Shown one piece after another: positions 38,811-51,736 of a stretch of 64,000 nt of DNA (its first letter is position 1; each line of letters begins with the position of its first letter). The stretch is from Kudoa neothunni (Eukaryota; Animalia; Cnidaria): positions 4,006,490 to 4,070,489 of the forward strand of contig OZ199840.1 of NCBI GenBank assembly GCA_964304625.1, written 5' to 3'. The position numbers were made by a program, and so were the translations under genes. The notes under the pieces were generated by a model. It worked only from the letters and a program-made list of their open reading frames with translations, searched no databases and was not told the origin of the DNA.

Positions 38811-41038
38811 CCCTCCGATGATTTTGGGGTAGAATCTACCCCAATGCGATTTTAAAATTCATATATCTCCTTATGTTGGAAATGTTGGCGTTTAAGATTC
38901 TACGTATTCCTGTAACATACATTTCTTTTTAATTCTAGACTAAAATATTCTTTAAATATTTTGTATTAAAAAATTTATTACATGTTTATCTTCTAAAGTA
39001 TTTTGGGGTAGAAATCACCCCATCCATTTTTTTACGTTTAAATCTAAAAAAAATTAAAAAACTCTTTAATTCATATATATATATACATATGTTTTTATAA
39101 GCACAACTGAAATAAATTTACATATCTAACGCTAGGTAATTGTGGTTTAGTCTGCTCCATTAATAATTCATTATAATCTGTATGTCGTAATTTTATATTA
39201 TGGTTAGATTCATCCAAGTCATTAAATATAGCTTCCAGCGCAAAAACATTAATTTTATGGAATATTTATTTTGAACAATCTAAACGACAGTTTGAAGAAT
39301 GTATTGGACAATAAAATTTGTAGCACTTATGACGTTATCTTGTAGTTTTTTATCATTTTTTCGAGGACAAAACTCACATCGTGCATTTTTTATGTTTACA
39401 GGTGGTTGCAAATGGGAAATGTTTGCTTTATTTAAGTGCCTTTTTGTCGGTATATTGGTAGAACGTTTGGCCAACAACAATTTAAACAGTTTATGGAGTT
39501 GCTCTGCTATCTCCCGTAGGAAGGTTCGTCCATTATTCGATTCACCAAATATTTCTTCATTGAATGCAAAAGCATTCACCAATGACAAATCGAATATGCT
39601 AAGAATACGATTAGGGGCCATCTCCTTGTAAATCGACAAACAAAAACCGATGCGAGCATCCTGTCGACATTATCTACGCCGCCCTTGGTTTTAATATAAT
39701 CCAATATTAATTGAGGTTTGAACTTAAGGTATTCTCCAGCAACAGAGTTATCATGTGTGCCGGAAGTTAGAAGAATCACAGATTTGCCTTTTTTGCCACA
39801 TATGATAACTGCATATATTTATCGTGAAACGAAAAAATGATGGAATAAAGAGGCCTTTTTCTTGAAGGTTGAAGACAAGATGGTATCTCTTATTTTTTTT
39901 CTCATTGCTCCCAACAAAGTCAACTTTCTTTCCAACAATTTCTTCGCGAGAGACATCGATGAGAAGAAATTATCAGCGACAACATTTCGGCCAGAATCAA
40001 ACAAATGAGTTGTAAGGCTGAGTACGATGTCTTTACCTACGTTAGTTTGTCTGTTCGTCTTAGAATTATTCTTTCCCAAGTAAACGCTGGCATTACAAAC
40101 GTAATTCGCAATTGGATCAACCAGTAGAAAAATTTTTTACCATATTTTGCCGGCATCATGGGCATATATTGGCAGGAAGGACATCTTCCCCCGAACGTAA
40201 ACAATTGTTCATCGACAGTAACATCCTTGTTCGGAGCAAAACATTTAGGTAGCACGTCAACCCATTTCTCCCATATATCACGAATGGCAACGAATTTTTC
40301 CAACTTTTTACGTTCTCCGGGTGTACTAAAGTCATCGAAATGCAGTGCTCGGAAATATGTTTGAAATGCCGAAGTGAAAATAATTGCCGATAGATTTCTC
40401 TTCCTTCTGGCTGAATAACTCACTTATAGGCTCCTCTCTATCCTTATAGGTGGCCGTGAGTATTAAAAATTCTAAATAGTCCCTAGTTTCTACCAAATCA
40501 AGATCGTATCATTGGTCACCGAAATGATGTTTTCCAAGCATATTTGTAAACAAAACGATTTCGTTACTGAATTCATAATTCGAAAATAATAAAAAACAGT
40601 CCATCACGTTTTTTATTTTTGTTTGGGCATAGGGTGTGGATAGATTTTATTTTCCGAACCTCCGTTGGACGAGGCTTTGATGCACTCCATTGAATACCAT
40701 CTTTACTCGTAAGAACATTAATACCAACGTCGATTAATTCCATTTCGTCTGAAAATTCTCCATCTTTGTAAATATGACCTCCACATTCACTTTCCAAAAA
40801 ACAGAATTCATTATACAAATCACCCCAGCCGCAAATTGAAGACATGCTTACGCATGCGCCAACAATAAATATATCACTTTATCGTGGGATTCAAATTAAA
40901 TCCGCCTACTGGAAATATGTTAGATCCTAGTTTTGAAAACCTTGTAATATGTTTCGTATTTTAAACGAAAAAAATAGTTGGGTTATTTTTACTCCAAAGT
41001 ACTTTTACACGTACATAATTTTGATGATCATCAGAGGG
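38811..41038 (-). mobile_element. piggyBac transposon, full span, transposase pseudogenised
   Basis: TTAA TSDs at 38807-38810 and 41039-41042, TIR CCCTC(C/T)GATGAT and subterminal palindromes. Fragments in shifted frames: VTVDEQL, QYMPMMPAKYG, RNVVADNFFSS, TKGGVDNVDRM, RRWPL and C-terminal RCEFCP. Confidence 0.95.
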
Positions 41039-42874
41039 TTAATAAAAAATTAGACTATCCGCGTGTAAATGCATAATGTTTTGTTCAACTATGAACTCTG
41101 AAGATGATGTCTCCACCAATTCTTTTCAACAATTTAAATTAAATGTTGTTTCATGATGTTATTACATCGGTGTATGTTATGCAGCGTATTTTTATTATTT
41201 CAACGTTTAATCAGAATATCTGAATCGAACAATCAGATTATTTTATTTAATTAATCGTCACACGCGCCCGATAAATTTATTCACGTTATTTTTCCATAAG
41301 AAAAAAGAATGGGTTAGTGAAAATATATTTTATATCTCTAGATACGCAAAAAAATAGATCAAATTACCTACGCAGCAAAAGAATAATAGTAATCATCTAA
41401 AAATAACATCATGTAATCTCATGCACCTTGTTATGGCATATTTTGATTATGACACCGACTTTATGCAAAAAAAGTAAAAACTAATAAATATTGGATAAAA
41501 AAGGAAAAATTGGATACGTAAATATCAATCGTTTTCAACTCAAATGTCATTAAAATAGCCAGATACGTTTTTGTGATAAAAATTTATTTTTTACTACAGT
41601 ATAAAAAGCGTAAAGATTTAGATCATTTCAGCTTGAATTTGTGCAAATATCGACATATGGTCTATTAAGGTTTTACACAAAATTGGACTAAGCTACAATA
41701 TGTGTGACAATTAGGGGCGGTATCGCATAAACAACCAGAAATGTTGCTTCCTACATTTCGCCCTGTTAATTCATTTCGTTTTGGAAAATTTTTACGTCTT
41801 TTATCATACCAAAAGAGTAACTAAATAAATTTTAGACCAACAAGAATTATCTCGTAAACTGGAAATAAATCTTACGTCGAGCATATTCGGATTCACGTGA
41901 AATCTCTATGATGTTGATAAATACATCAAAAAATTCTTATTTTTCTATTATTTTAAATTTTTTATGATATTAAGAAATATGACAAAATTTTGAAGGAGAA
42001 ATCAATTAGTACGACAAATTGTAGGAATATACTTTGTTCCGGTAGTATGTGGGTGCCAAACTAATTTCGTATACAGTTACAGTAGTTAGTCCTAAATTGT
42101 ATTGTAATTAACTTGCTTTAAATAATTAGACGCAAGAATCCTATTTAATATTTTTCAAAACGAATAAACACTATTGAGGATTTGATTTTCCTATTTAGAG
42201 TTCCTAAAATATCGATTTTCTCCTTGTTGTTCACAGTAATCTCTAAATCAAACCACATGAATAAGATTAATTTTGTTAAACGTTAACAAATGCGTTCCAT
42301 ATTAATGCTTGGTTACATAACCTAATATTACCTTCCTTATTTAAATTAATTCAATTATTAAATTACTTTTCAATAATTTTAAAGTAAAATAAACAACATG
42401 ATACGTTTGAAATTAATTTATTAAAACTTTCACGAAATGATCTATAAGTTTGCATAAATCCTCAAATCATACCCATCATACCACGTGAAATTGTTTTTGT
42501 CATTTTGTAGAATGCGAATCTTTTATAATTTTTTACATATTTTTCTGTTAAAATAAAATGTTATCTTTCTATATGTATGCTCAAATTGAGCGACACGTCT
42601 CTCTATAAAGAATGTAAAATGCGTACACACACGGATTACTGGTTTGCTTTATATAGTAAATGTTCGTTAAATGCATTGTTCTTAGGAAAGAGTGATCTCA
42701 CCAAGATTTAATGTTTTCTTTTTCATATCTACTTTTTACCTAAGAAAATTGGATTACTTAATCATTATCAATATTATCATCAATTCCCCCCCCCTCTTCC
42801 TCAGGAAGAGTGAATTTTTAACCGACAGAGAATCTTAAAATTTTTAAGAAGACCTTTTGTTCCACTTAAACCAG

Positions 42875-43035
42875 TGATTTAAGATCATCAGCAAAAAGTT
42901 TTGCCTTCTAAGTGATAAAAACTCTAGAATATTCGCCTTTTTTGGTGTTCTGACAAAATCTGGCCATATAACGCAGTTTGAAGTTGAATGTATTTTTTAT
43001 TTAAATTCATTTACTGAGGGAACAACATTGGAGAT
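42875..43035 (-). mobile_element. Non-LTR retrotransposon RT remnant (CR1/L2-like)
   Basis: The minus strand reads KLFADDLK at ~42880-42903, and a decayed (G)VPQ motif lies about 120 nt upstream. Confidence 0.4.
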
Positions 43036-44479
43036 CATTATATCAGATTTATTAGATAAAATTATATTCAGAAAAGAATAACTAAATTTAATTTGAATAA
43101 AACTCAAAATAACACAATTCGTGATATTCTATGGCACTATAAAGTAATTTTTTGGCATCTCAGATTGAGGTAATTGAATCATAACAATGAATAGTTCAAA
43201 TTTTTTACGAAAGTTTCTTTCTTCTTTCACAATACCGAACGTTCGAATGTGTAATTTAGTGGATTAATCGGATTAAAACCTGAAGTAACCACTGCAAATT
43301 TTAACAAGACCCTGAATTTTACAAGAAATATATTTTTTAAATATTATTTCGTATTTCCAGGTATAAATCTAAAGTAGAATACTATATACATCGGAAGGGT
43401 TACAATGTTGGTTATGGAAATTTGAAAAAAATATCGACTACCCTATATCGAACCTCGCAATATCGAAACCTTACTGTAGTAGATTTTACATTCAACTATT
43501 CATATTTCGTCACTTTGAAAATAAGCGTGAGTCTTATCACTGACTGTATTAGTTAACTCTGTTATATTTGTGTAATGAGGATTCATTATAATACTGAAAA
43601 AATGTTTTTGATTCTTCATATTCCTACAACCAACTTTAATCTCTTTAATCCTCATAATGCACCAGAAATTAAACATTAAGGTCGAAGGGGACTGACGAAA
43701 GATTTAGAAATAAATTGAAACAAAAATAAATTTATTCAGGAGATTTAGAAATAAAAACTCTTAACTAACAAATTCAAAAAATAACTATAATTGGGGTTAC
43801 TAATAACCACGACTAAACGATAATCAAACGAGTAGATTTTACATTAATTCAGACTTCCTTCAAAATTGGAGAATTCATCGAGTGCATAACCCAGCCTAAT
43901 GAATCCTCTATTTCAAAAAAAATTGAAAATTTTTCTTCATACAAAAAATGTGCATATCCTACATTTAGTATAACAACAACTATGACAATAATTCACATTG
44001 ACATTAAAAAAAACATCTGTTGTGTAAAATTTCACAACTAACTTTCTTTTATTTAATCAGATGAATATGTATGTTGGTAACAAGATCAAAAAAGAGTTAA
44101 AAATATAAACAAAGAATTTTTTACAAATAATTGAAAAACACATCATACACATGCCCAAACTATAAATTTCGTTTTAATATACGCTATATCAAATAAATCT
44201 AAATTCTTCATAGTTAGATTATATCGAATTTTTATTCTGCGCAGTTAATAATATACTAGAAATACTAGATCAATTTCTAAAACTGAAGTATTTTTACCCC
44301 ATCAAAATTGAACGAAAAATAATGTTTACAGAATTTAAAGTATGGACAAACTAAAGTTGTGGAATGGATAAATATATATTAAAACATCATGGCTAAGTCA
44401 AATCAAACAAAAAATAGTTTGTTGAGAAGCGTAAGCGTTAAAACAATAAGGGTTTACAGAGTGAGCTCTACAACAGTTT

Positions 44480-46358
44480 TTATCTATCAACAATTTGGTT
44501 GCTCATGTCAGTAGAGTTGTTAGGATCGTAGTTGTATGTGTCACCAATATCGAAGTTGTTATCCACAAGGGAGTTATTTTTTAGAGGGTTTGACATATCC
44601 AAGTGAGAGTTTTGGTTGGCGTTAGTTGAAATTTGTGATAGTGGCGGATAATTAGAATGTGGTCCAACAGCTATCTGCTGTTGATGATGATATTGAGCTT
44701 GTTGGTGTTGCTGAAGCGAACCGTTGTTAGGAGCAGTAGGCAAAGGAGACATATTGATAGAGTTGCGCTGAGCCAAGTTTTCCTTGCTATATGATGTCGG
44801 AAGAGGGTTTGAGGGAAAAAAACTGTTGCATTTGCTGTTCGTCAACTAGACGATAATTACCATAGTTGGGAAAGGCCATACTGGGTCCCATAGTGTTTGC
44901 TATCCCAAACTGTCCACTGTTAGGTTCAGTTGGATGAGTGTAATCAGGATAAATATTGTTCATGCCAACAGAGTCATTCATAGTGTTAGATGACGTATTT
45001 GTTGAAGGAAGTTGCTGATCCTGATTAGTTGGAATATACCGCATGTATTGTTGCAGATTTTGTCCAACAGCAGGATACTGAAATTGTGGCGGGTTGTTTG
45101 TAGGATCATTACCAACATTTCTACACCAACAATTAACATAATGTGATGGGAATTACATTATATAAATAAATACGAAGGAGGCCGTGTGGCAGGAATTTGG
45201 CCAGGAGACCAATCCAAATTCACGTAAGGATTGGTAGACATCATGTTGGGTGGAGGAGGAGCATACTTTGTTCGTGCATATGGAGATTGCATAGAAGCGG
45301 TACTGTTCCGTACCCCATTCATATACAGAATATATTGATTGTATGCCATACCTAATTTCTCTTCGTTATTACATATATCCGAATAATTAACTCCCAATGC
45401 TCTGGAGCAGAAATCAACAAAGTCATTTTGCCTATACACGCATGTAAGTTTCAGAAAAAAACCTATTTCCTACACATACATTAGATAAGGAGGTGTATCC
45501 TGGAGGTGTTGCAAAGGTCTAACACCACTGACAGGTGCTCCATTATTCAATTGCATCGAATGTAGCTGTTGAGCATTGATATTCATGCTATGAAGGTGTG
45601 GAGATGTAGACATAGGTTGTTGATGATGTTGGCTGGATGGTGAGGGTGATGTAATAGGCACACTATTGTTGGCGCCAGAAATGATATTCTCTAGCAGCAT
45701 TTTGTTATCATTTTCATTGTTGGGTTCAGCAATAGTCCAATATCGGTCAGGAAGCCCTCTCTCATCATGGTAGGTGACACTTCTAAATTGTGTGTTTCTC
45801 GATAATCTACAACAGAAGGGGTATTAAAATAAGGTGATTGAGCTGAGCATTGGTTTGAGTTTTTGTTATAAACGCACATACACGGAATTAATGGAATTTC
45901 TCCAGCGTGCCGTAGCATATTTGAAGTATGGATAGATTTCCACCACTTTTTCGTAAATATTCACAGTGGAAATGCGCTTGTTTGGCATCTCCGAAATAAT
46001 ATCATGGAGTATTTCCGCATAGGTCAATTGAGGACGATTAATAACAACTTGATTTGGAGCTCCAGGGTTCTATATAATGTTGGTAAAAAGTAGGTATGTG
46101 TGTTCGGGGGGTGATTATATCAACGCCAAATCACTATCAATATCATACAACGATTGCTTTGAAATAGTTCACATCAACTGTAACTCCATCGACCTGTGTT
46201 CTACACAACAAAATAGATCAATATGGTGGTAGAGGGGTGGAAAAAATGTTCATGGTCAAAACAAAAACAACTAAAAAGGGTTATTACTTCTGATACACAT
46301 CTTGTTGCATCCATAAGGAATTTCTATGCTTGGGTTGAGTATCCTCTTGATGCTCCAT
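44480..46358 (-). CDS. Divergent forkhead (Fox) transcription factor with Q/N/P-rich C-terminus
   Basis: The spliced ORF from ATG 46358 gives RPQLTYAEILHDIISEMPNKRISTVNIYEKVVEIYPYFKYATARWRNSINSVLSRNTQFRSV...DRYWTI, in forkhead register. Downstream GT-AG introns include 45807-45881 and 44787-44823. Stop at 44480. Confidence 0.85.
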
Positions 46359-47231
46359 CGGATCACACAAAATCTCGTCTAAACGTTAATCTATCCAATG
46401 TGATGATGTCGGAAAACCTCCACCTTGTTATAATCCTTTTAGTTAACCAACTAACTCCAAAAGATTTTCGCAATCCTCTGTAGTCTTTTTTGGGTCAATA
46501 AAATATTCTCACACCACCAAAGTCACCTATTTTACAGTGAAATCAGTTGTAGAAACAACACATGAAATCTATTATTTATTATTGATACCACCTCTAAAAA
46601 AACAGGATTATAAGTTTATCACACTAGATAAAGTTATTTTCAAGTTTCCCCCAACTCTAATACATTTATCACACCTAATAGTGCTATTATCGGTGGGTTA
46701 ATACACCTGAAGAATTTCAACTAATACACTGACCCATTGAAAAAACTTGGTCGCCGATGCTGTTGTTTATTGGGAGTTAAATTTAGGATTATATCATCAT
46801 AAACATGATAACATTAAATTGTAGCGCGTAGTAGAGTGATAAATGTTGAAGCCATAAAGGTGATATTTGTGTTTTTAAGTCCAACTTTAAATCATCTAAC
46901 CATGAATGGGCGCATAAAATATGTTTTAGCCAAAGTGTATTAATAAATGTTGAATTTTTTAGTCTATCGACGTTAAATTAATAATTCATTTCGTCTAACT
47001 TGTGGACTGACTATATTTCCTCCCAACAAAGTTTAATAAGATCTCAAAAATTATTAGCACGAAAATTAATTAAGGGGGTCATTATGATACGATACTTTTT
47101 TATAGATATTTACCGCGTATTACAGATTTTTCTATTGCTGTCTCAACAAAAAACATAAACAAATTTCCACATTCTTCAAGAAGATTGTCTTTATCTAATA
47201 CTTTTTGTTTGATTACTTTTCTATGTCATAG

Positions 47232-50200
47232 TTGTTAGTAATAAACAGTGATTGGGTGCATTAAAATTTCAATGACGCATTCAATATCTATAGAGTTAAA
47301 TTCTAAAAACTTACACATACGAAATGGTAGTGGCTAAATAAACTGATGTGCTAACGTTACTACAATTGTAAGTTGAAGGAATATCAAATTTAAACTTAAT
47401 TACTGCAATAAACAATCAAGTGTGACTAATAATTATTACTTTCTTGGCAAATTTTTCAATTTTTCTGTTTGTGAGAAAATTCAACTTGGTATCTTTGAAA
47501 ATTGTTAAAAAATTTCTATGACAAAATTACTATTTCGTTCCGAGCCAACGATCGAAAAATGTCGGAATATTCCTGCACCAATTTTTCTGGTCAAATCTTT
47601 CATTAGTTTTTGTAAAAAATATTTTAATGTTATTTAAAAAATGTTTAATTAAAAACTAAACTCTTGAAAAATACATATTAGGAGATGGACTAATGTTGAC
47701 GATGAGGAGAAAAATAACTTGTTTGATATTTGTCAAATTTTTCCATCTTATTATGTGATAAAAAATTTCATTTGATCATCAGATAAAGATTCAGTTATAA
47801 AATAAGCTTTCTACCCAATGTAAAATGAAACGAATTAATCCTGTTGATGATAATAATAATAAGGAAGACACTTAATGATTGAACGATTTTTGCTGTTCCT
47901 CGCGTATAAGAATCAAATAATTCGAAATAAACTAAAGAACTATATAAGAAGAATTAAAAGAATGGAATATTGATATATTTTGTTCTCAAATCTAAAATTA
48001 AATTACACCGAGAAAGTCCTGTGGGTGAAGCATCAATGTTGAAAAATTGGTTTACACAATTAAATCCAATAAAATGTATCGACATGCAAAATTTTTATTA
48101 ATCTATGAGATGGCACGATGAAACGTCACAGTATTGACCATTGGCCACATTATCAACCTTCGATACACCGAGAATGTCACGTAATTGTATCTCAAGTGGT
48201 CGCCACTAAATCTTCTTCTCATTAATCCACACCCCGATTCTCAGTCAAATATTTTACATATTCGTCTAAAAGCTCAAGAGTTTTTGTTGACTTTTAACAA
48301 ATAATTCCTTAAATTTGATTTTACCCTCAAATTAAAGTTTATCCTATTATTGAATGATAATACCAGTAATGGGCGCAAAGTTGTCACATCCTAAAAAAAG
48401 ACTAAAGTCCTACTTAATTAAAAGACTCAGGCAATTATTCCATTTAACTGAGATAATTTCAACCTGACTTATGTAGATCTTGGTTTCTAAGGACGCATGC
48501 CAATGTGTGTTCAAATTTCAGTTTGGAATCATCTAAATTACTTTTTGGCTGATCACTAATCAAATTTTTCCTCTAAAATATCCAAGCTCCGCTCGCACAC
48601 ATTGCTGGAAATTATTTTTAAAAGTTGCTAATCTTGCGTTAACCATAAAGACTCGCTGTCAATTATGTCACAGTGTTAAACGTGACGTCCCGCTGTCAAT
48701 TATGTCACATTGTTTAATATGAAGCCTTGCAACCAGTTATTTTACAAGAAGATAAAATTTTCCCTCAAAAACATAATTCTACATGCTAATAAAGTAAATA
48801 TCCCCGACAACAACTTTTTCGTCGCGTAATACAAAGTTTATTGTACTTCGACTTTATTATTGACGAAATAATAAATGCGTAGGAGGAAACTGATCTCACA
48901 ACAATAAACATCTACGAGAAAGGTAATTGGAATGGATGGGTGAGAGAGTTGTCTAATCAAATAACTCTCTATTTATTTTCCCATTTCAAACTTTATTTTT
49001 GTTTTTATTGTGAGCTTGTAACGTTCCCCGTATATCTAACACTCATATTTATGTGGTTGTGAGTTAGAAATTTTTCTAACTCACAATCACCTAACGGTGT
49101 CTTTCAATATGCGTCATCAATTTGGAATTTGATGTAATTTCAAGTCCACCCCCTCTCCATTTATCTTAAGTCACAGGGATTGCGGATATCCAGTGCAACC
49201 CTTCGATGACAATTGCATATCCTTTTCTTTTTTATAACTTAGTTTAAGACCTATGTTATATCTTACTATCTTTCGTTTTTGATTGCTTTAAATAGATAGT
49301 GAAGTATTGAGAAAAATAAAAACAATTTTAAGCATAAAATCTAGCATAGTTATAAACGAGGATTAAATTGCCAGCAATATGCTGAAATATTTCTCATACT
49401 TCTGGATAAATCGAGTGAATTTTTTCATATCCTTTCATAAATGTGACATATATGTATGATTATGAAAGAGTAGAAGATTCAAAAGTATTTTTTAGGAGTA
49501 TTGGAACACGTTGGCCGCCGCATAGATAAACATTTATCTTACATCATAATTCGCCAAATGAGGCAGTGGCACGTTATCTTCTCACCAGGATCGTATTTGT
49601 ATTTACGCAGTCATAGAGAGAACATTCATAATATTATATTGATAATTATTCTCATTAGTCGTTTTGTTGTCATCCTTTGACGTTATTTTTCCGCTGACTC
49701 GATAGCAGCTGTGACAATGTTTTGTACTTTGTTGGTGATTCATTTTCTTCTGTTAACAACAACACATTTGTTTTATGTGCCATCATCTTCCCAAGATAAA
49801 ATTCAGGTAAATGTTACTTCGTATTGTTTTGATTGGTCTGTTGATGTGATCCATTGCTATAACACCTAATTTATGTAGTATGGATGCAGTTCAGATGTCA
49901 CAATGGAATCGATGTAATTAGTTCAGCGGTGGAGCGAAATTAAATAGGAATTCAATTTGTCTAGCCAACCATTGAGAGTGTTTCAAATTAACCTGGATTT
50001 ACTGCCAAACTTGAGATGGTTAAAAGTAGCCAAGTTCTATAAACATCAGGTTTCTAAATCAATGGCATTATGATAATAACTCTCAATAGTTGAAAATGCT
50101 GGAAAAAATGACCGAGCAATTACTAGGTTCCGGCTTATTTAATGCTACCAAGTCAATTGCGGTAATAATTCTCTCGCCTTTATACTATTCAATTTATTTC

Positions 50201-51736
50201 ATACGTTAATGTTTCCTATTGAACATTCTTATTATTAATATAAAAATCGTGCGATAAACACACGCATACAACGATATTAAACTAATATCAACCTCTATTT
50301 TAGCCTTCTATCGGGGAACACTTTGAAGCTGAATACCTCCAAGAAATAGAAGGGTTTGCTAAACATGCTGATCTACCAACCTCATCATTTATAACTTACA
50401 ACATTGTATACGAAATATTTACATTTTGTTCATCGATAATAGGAAAGGTTGATAAAACTGGTAGTTATTTCACATTTTTTTCTAACGTTCACCGACTCAT
50501 AAATCATCTCTTTATCAGGTGAACTCGTTCATGGTAGAAATTTTGACTTTGGCTCCTTGGTTGATCAAAATCTTGATATATTTTCCGATCAACTTATTAA
50601 CCTCATTCGAAATATGACCTTCAATGTAGAATGGATGGTAACGATCCTCTCAACAACAAAGAAAATTCACATAGATATTCACATTTAGAAAAATGGAAAA
50701 AATTATCGCCCAATCCACTCAATTTGCCGGCCATATTGGCATTAACACAGCTTTAAAAAATGTTAGCTTCCCGTCTAACTCTCATTTAATGACTCTCATG
50801 TTTTTAAATAGGGACATTTTTCTTTTTCTTCAAATAGCCGATTTGTCCCTGGAGAATCTGGAATTTCTGGTTGGTTTACGCTTTATTTAACGGGGTCCCA
50901 AAATGAATGTCGTTAATCGTATTTTAGGCATTTTCAGAAAAATTCTCTTCAAAAATAATGCCAAATTTGTCACTTTTATGTCAAGAAAACTTATTCTATC
51001 CAATGCAACGTAATATTGTCTTACTGTTGGTGGTGCTTTTCGTTTCACACAAAATCTAGTTACGATCAAGCTGTAAAATATTTAATGTCCAAGCAATTAG
51101 TAGCTCCGGTGTACTTTATGATAGCATCTGGAAAGAAAGTAGTGATTTGGCTCTATTACAATAATTTGAATTTTTAAAGGGAGCTCTTATCACTAGAGGG
51201 ATCAACACTCAACTTTTTCCGTATATTTGTGTCCATTTAATATGAAAATTTCAATTTTTTTATATTCAATCGATTAGAGAATATTTGAACAATAGCAAGG
51301 AAAATAAAAATTGGTTCCTACTTCAAACCAACTACGATTTCTGGAAAAATACCCCTGTCTTTGATCATCGGCGAGCTATTGTAAGTTCGACTGAACTTAA
51401 ATATCTGTCCTATATACCCTATTAATCTTCTCTGTTAGGGAATTCAATGCATGGAGTACAACAGAAAACAGGTATGACCAATTTTCTTGAAATTTCATCA
51501 TTTTTATTGATACAATCTAACCATATAGAATCGTAACCATCACCAACTCTCTAATACTATACTCAATGTTTTAAACACTAGACCTTTATTGAATAAAGTA
51601 TTTTGTAGTTTTGGTGATTTATTGTTAGTTAATAACGTTTTTGCAGAACACTATGTTCACTACCCTTATGTTTCCTCAACGTAATCAATATTTCTCTTAT
51701 GTACAACAATGTGTCCAAAATTGCACGTTATTCTAG
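47232..51736 (+). CDS. ASAH1: Acid ceramidase (ASAH1/NAAA-family Ntn hydrolase)
   Basis: A 24-nt exon (47232-47255) is followed by a 3-kb intron (47256-50303) and then YLQEIEGFA, YNIVYEIFTF-CSSII (nucleophile Cys), HGRNFDFG, FAGHIG, LVAPVYF, GALITR, LQTNYDFW, DHRR and RPLLNK, ending CVQNCTLF*. Further 5' exons probably lie in 46750-47190 but could not be cleanly framed. Confidence 0.88.
48654..48718. repeat. 37-bp tandem duplication
   Basis: CGCTGTCAATTATGTCACA(G/T)TGTT at 48654 and 48691. Confidence 0.85.
49100..49620 (+). mobile_element. Very decayed Gypsy-like integrase remnants in the ASAH1 intron
   Basis: Traces such as SIYLKSQGL (resembling PYHPQSNGLAE) and EAVARYLLTRIVFVF. No intact ORF. 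Confidence 0.3.

Noticed and set aside
44787-44823. Apparent +1 frameshift at a T7 run in the Fox gene (overlapping ORFs)
   Set aside because: A 37-nt GT...CATATAG intron joins the two frames exactly, so no frameshift is needed.
48654-48718. CRISPR-like repeat
   Set aside because: Only two adjacent units with no unique spacers, in a eukaryotic intron; a simple tandem duplication.
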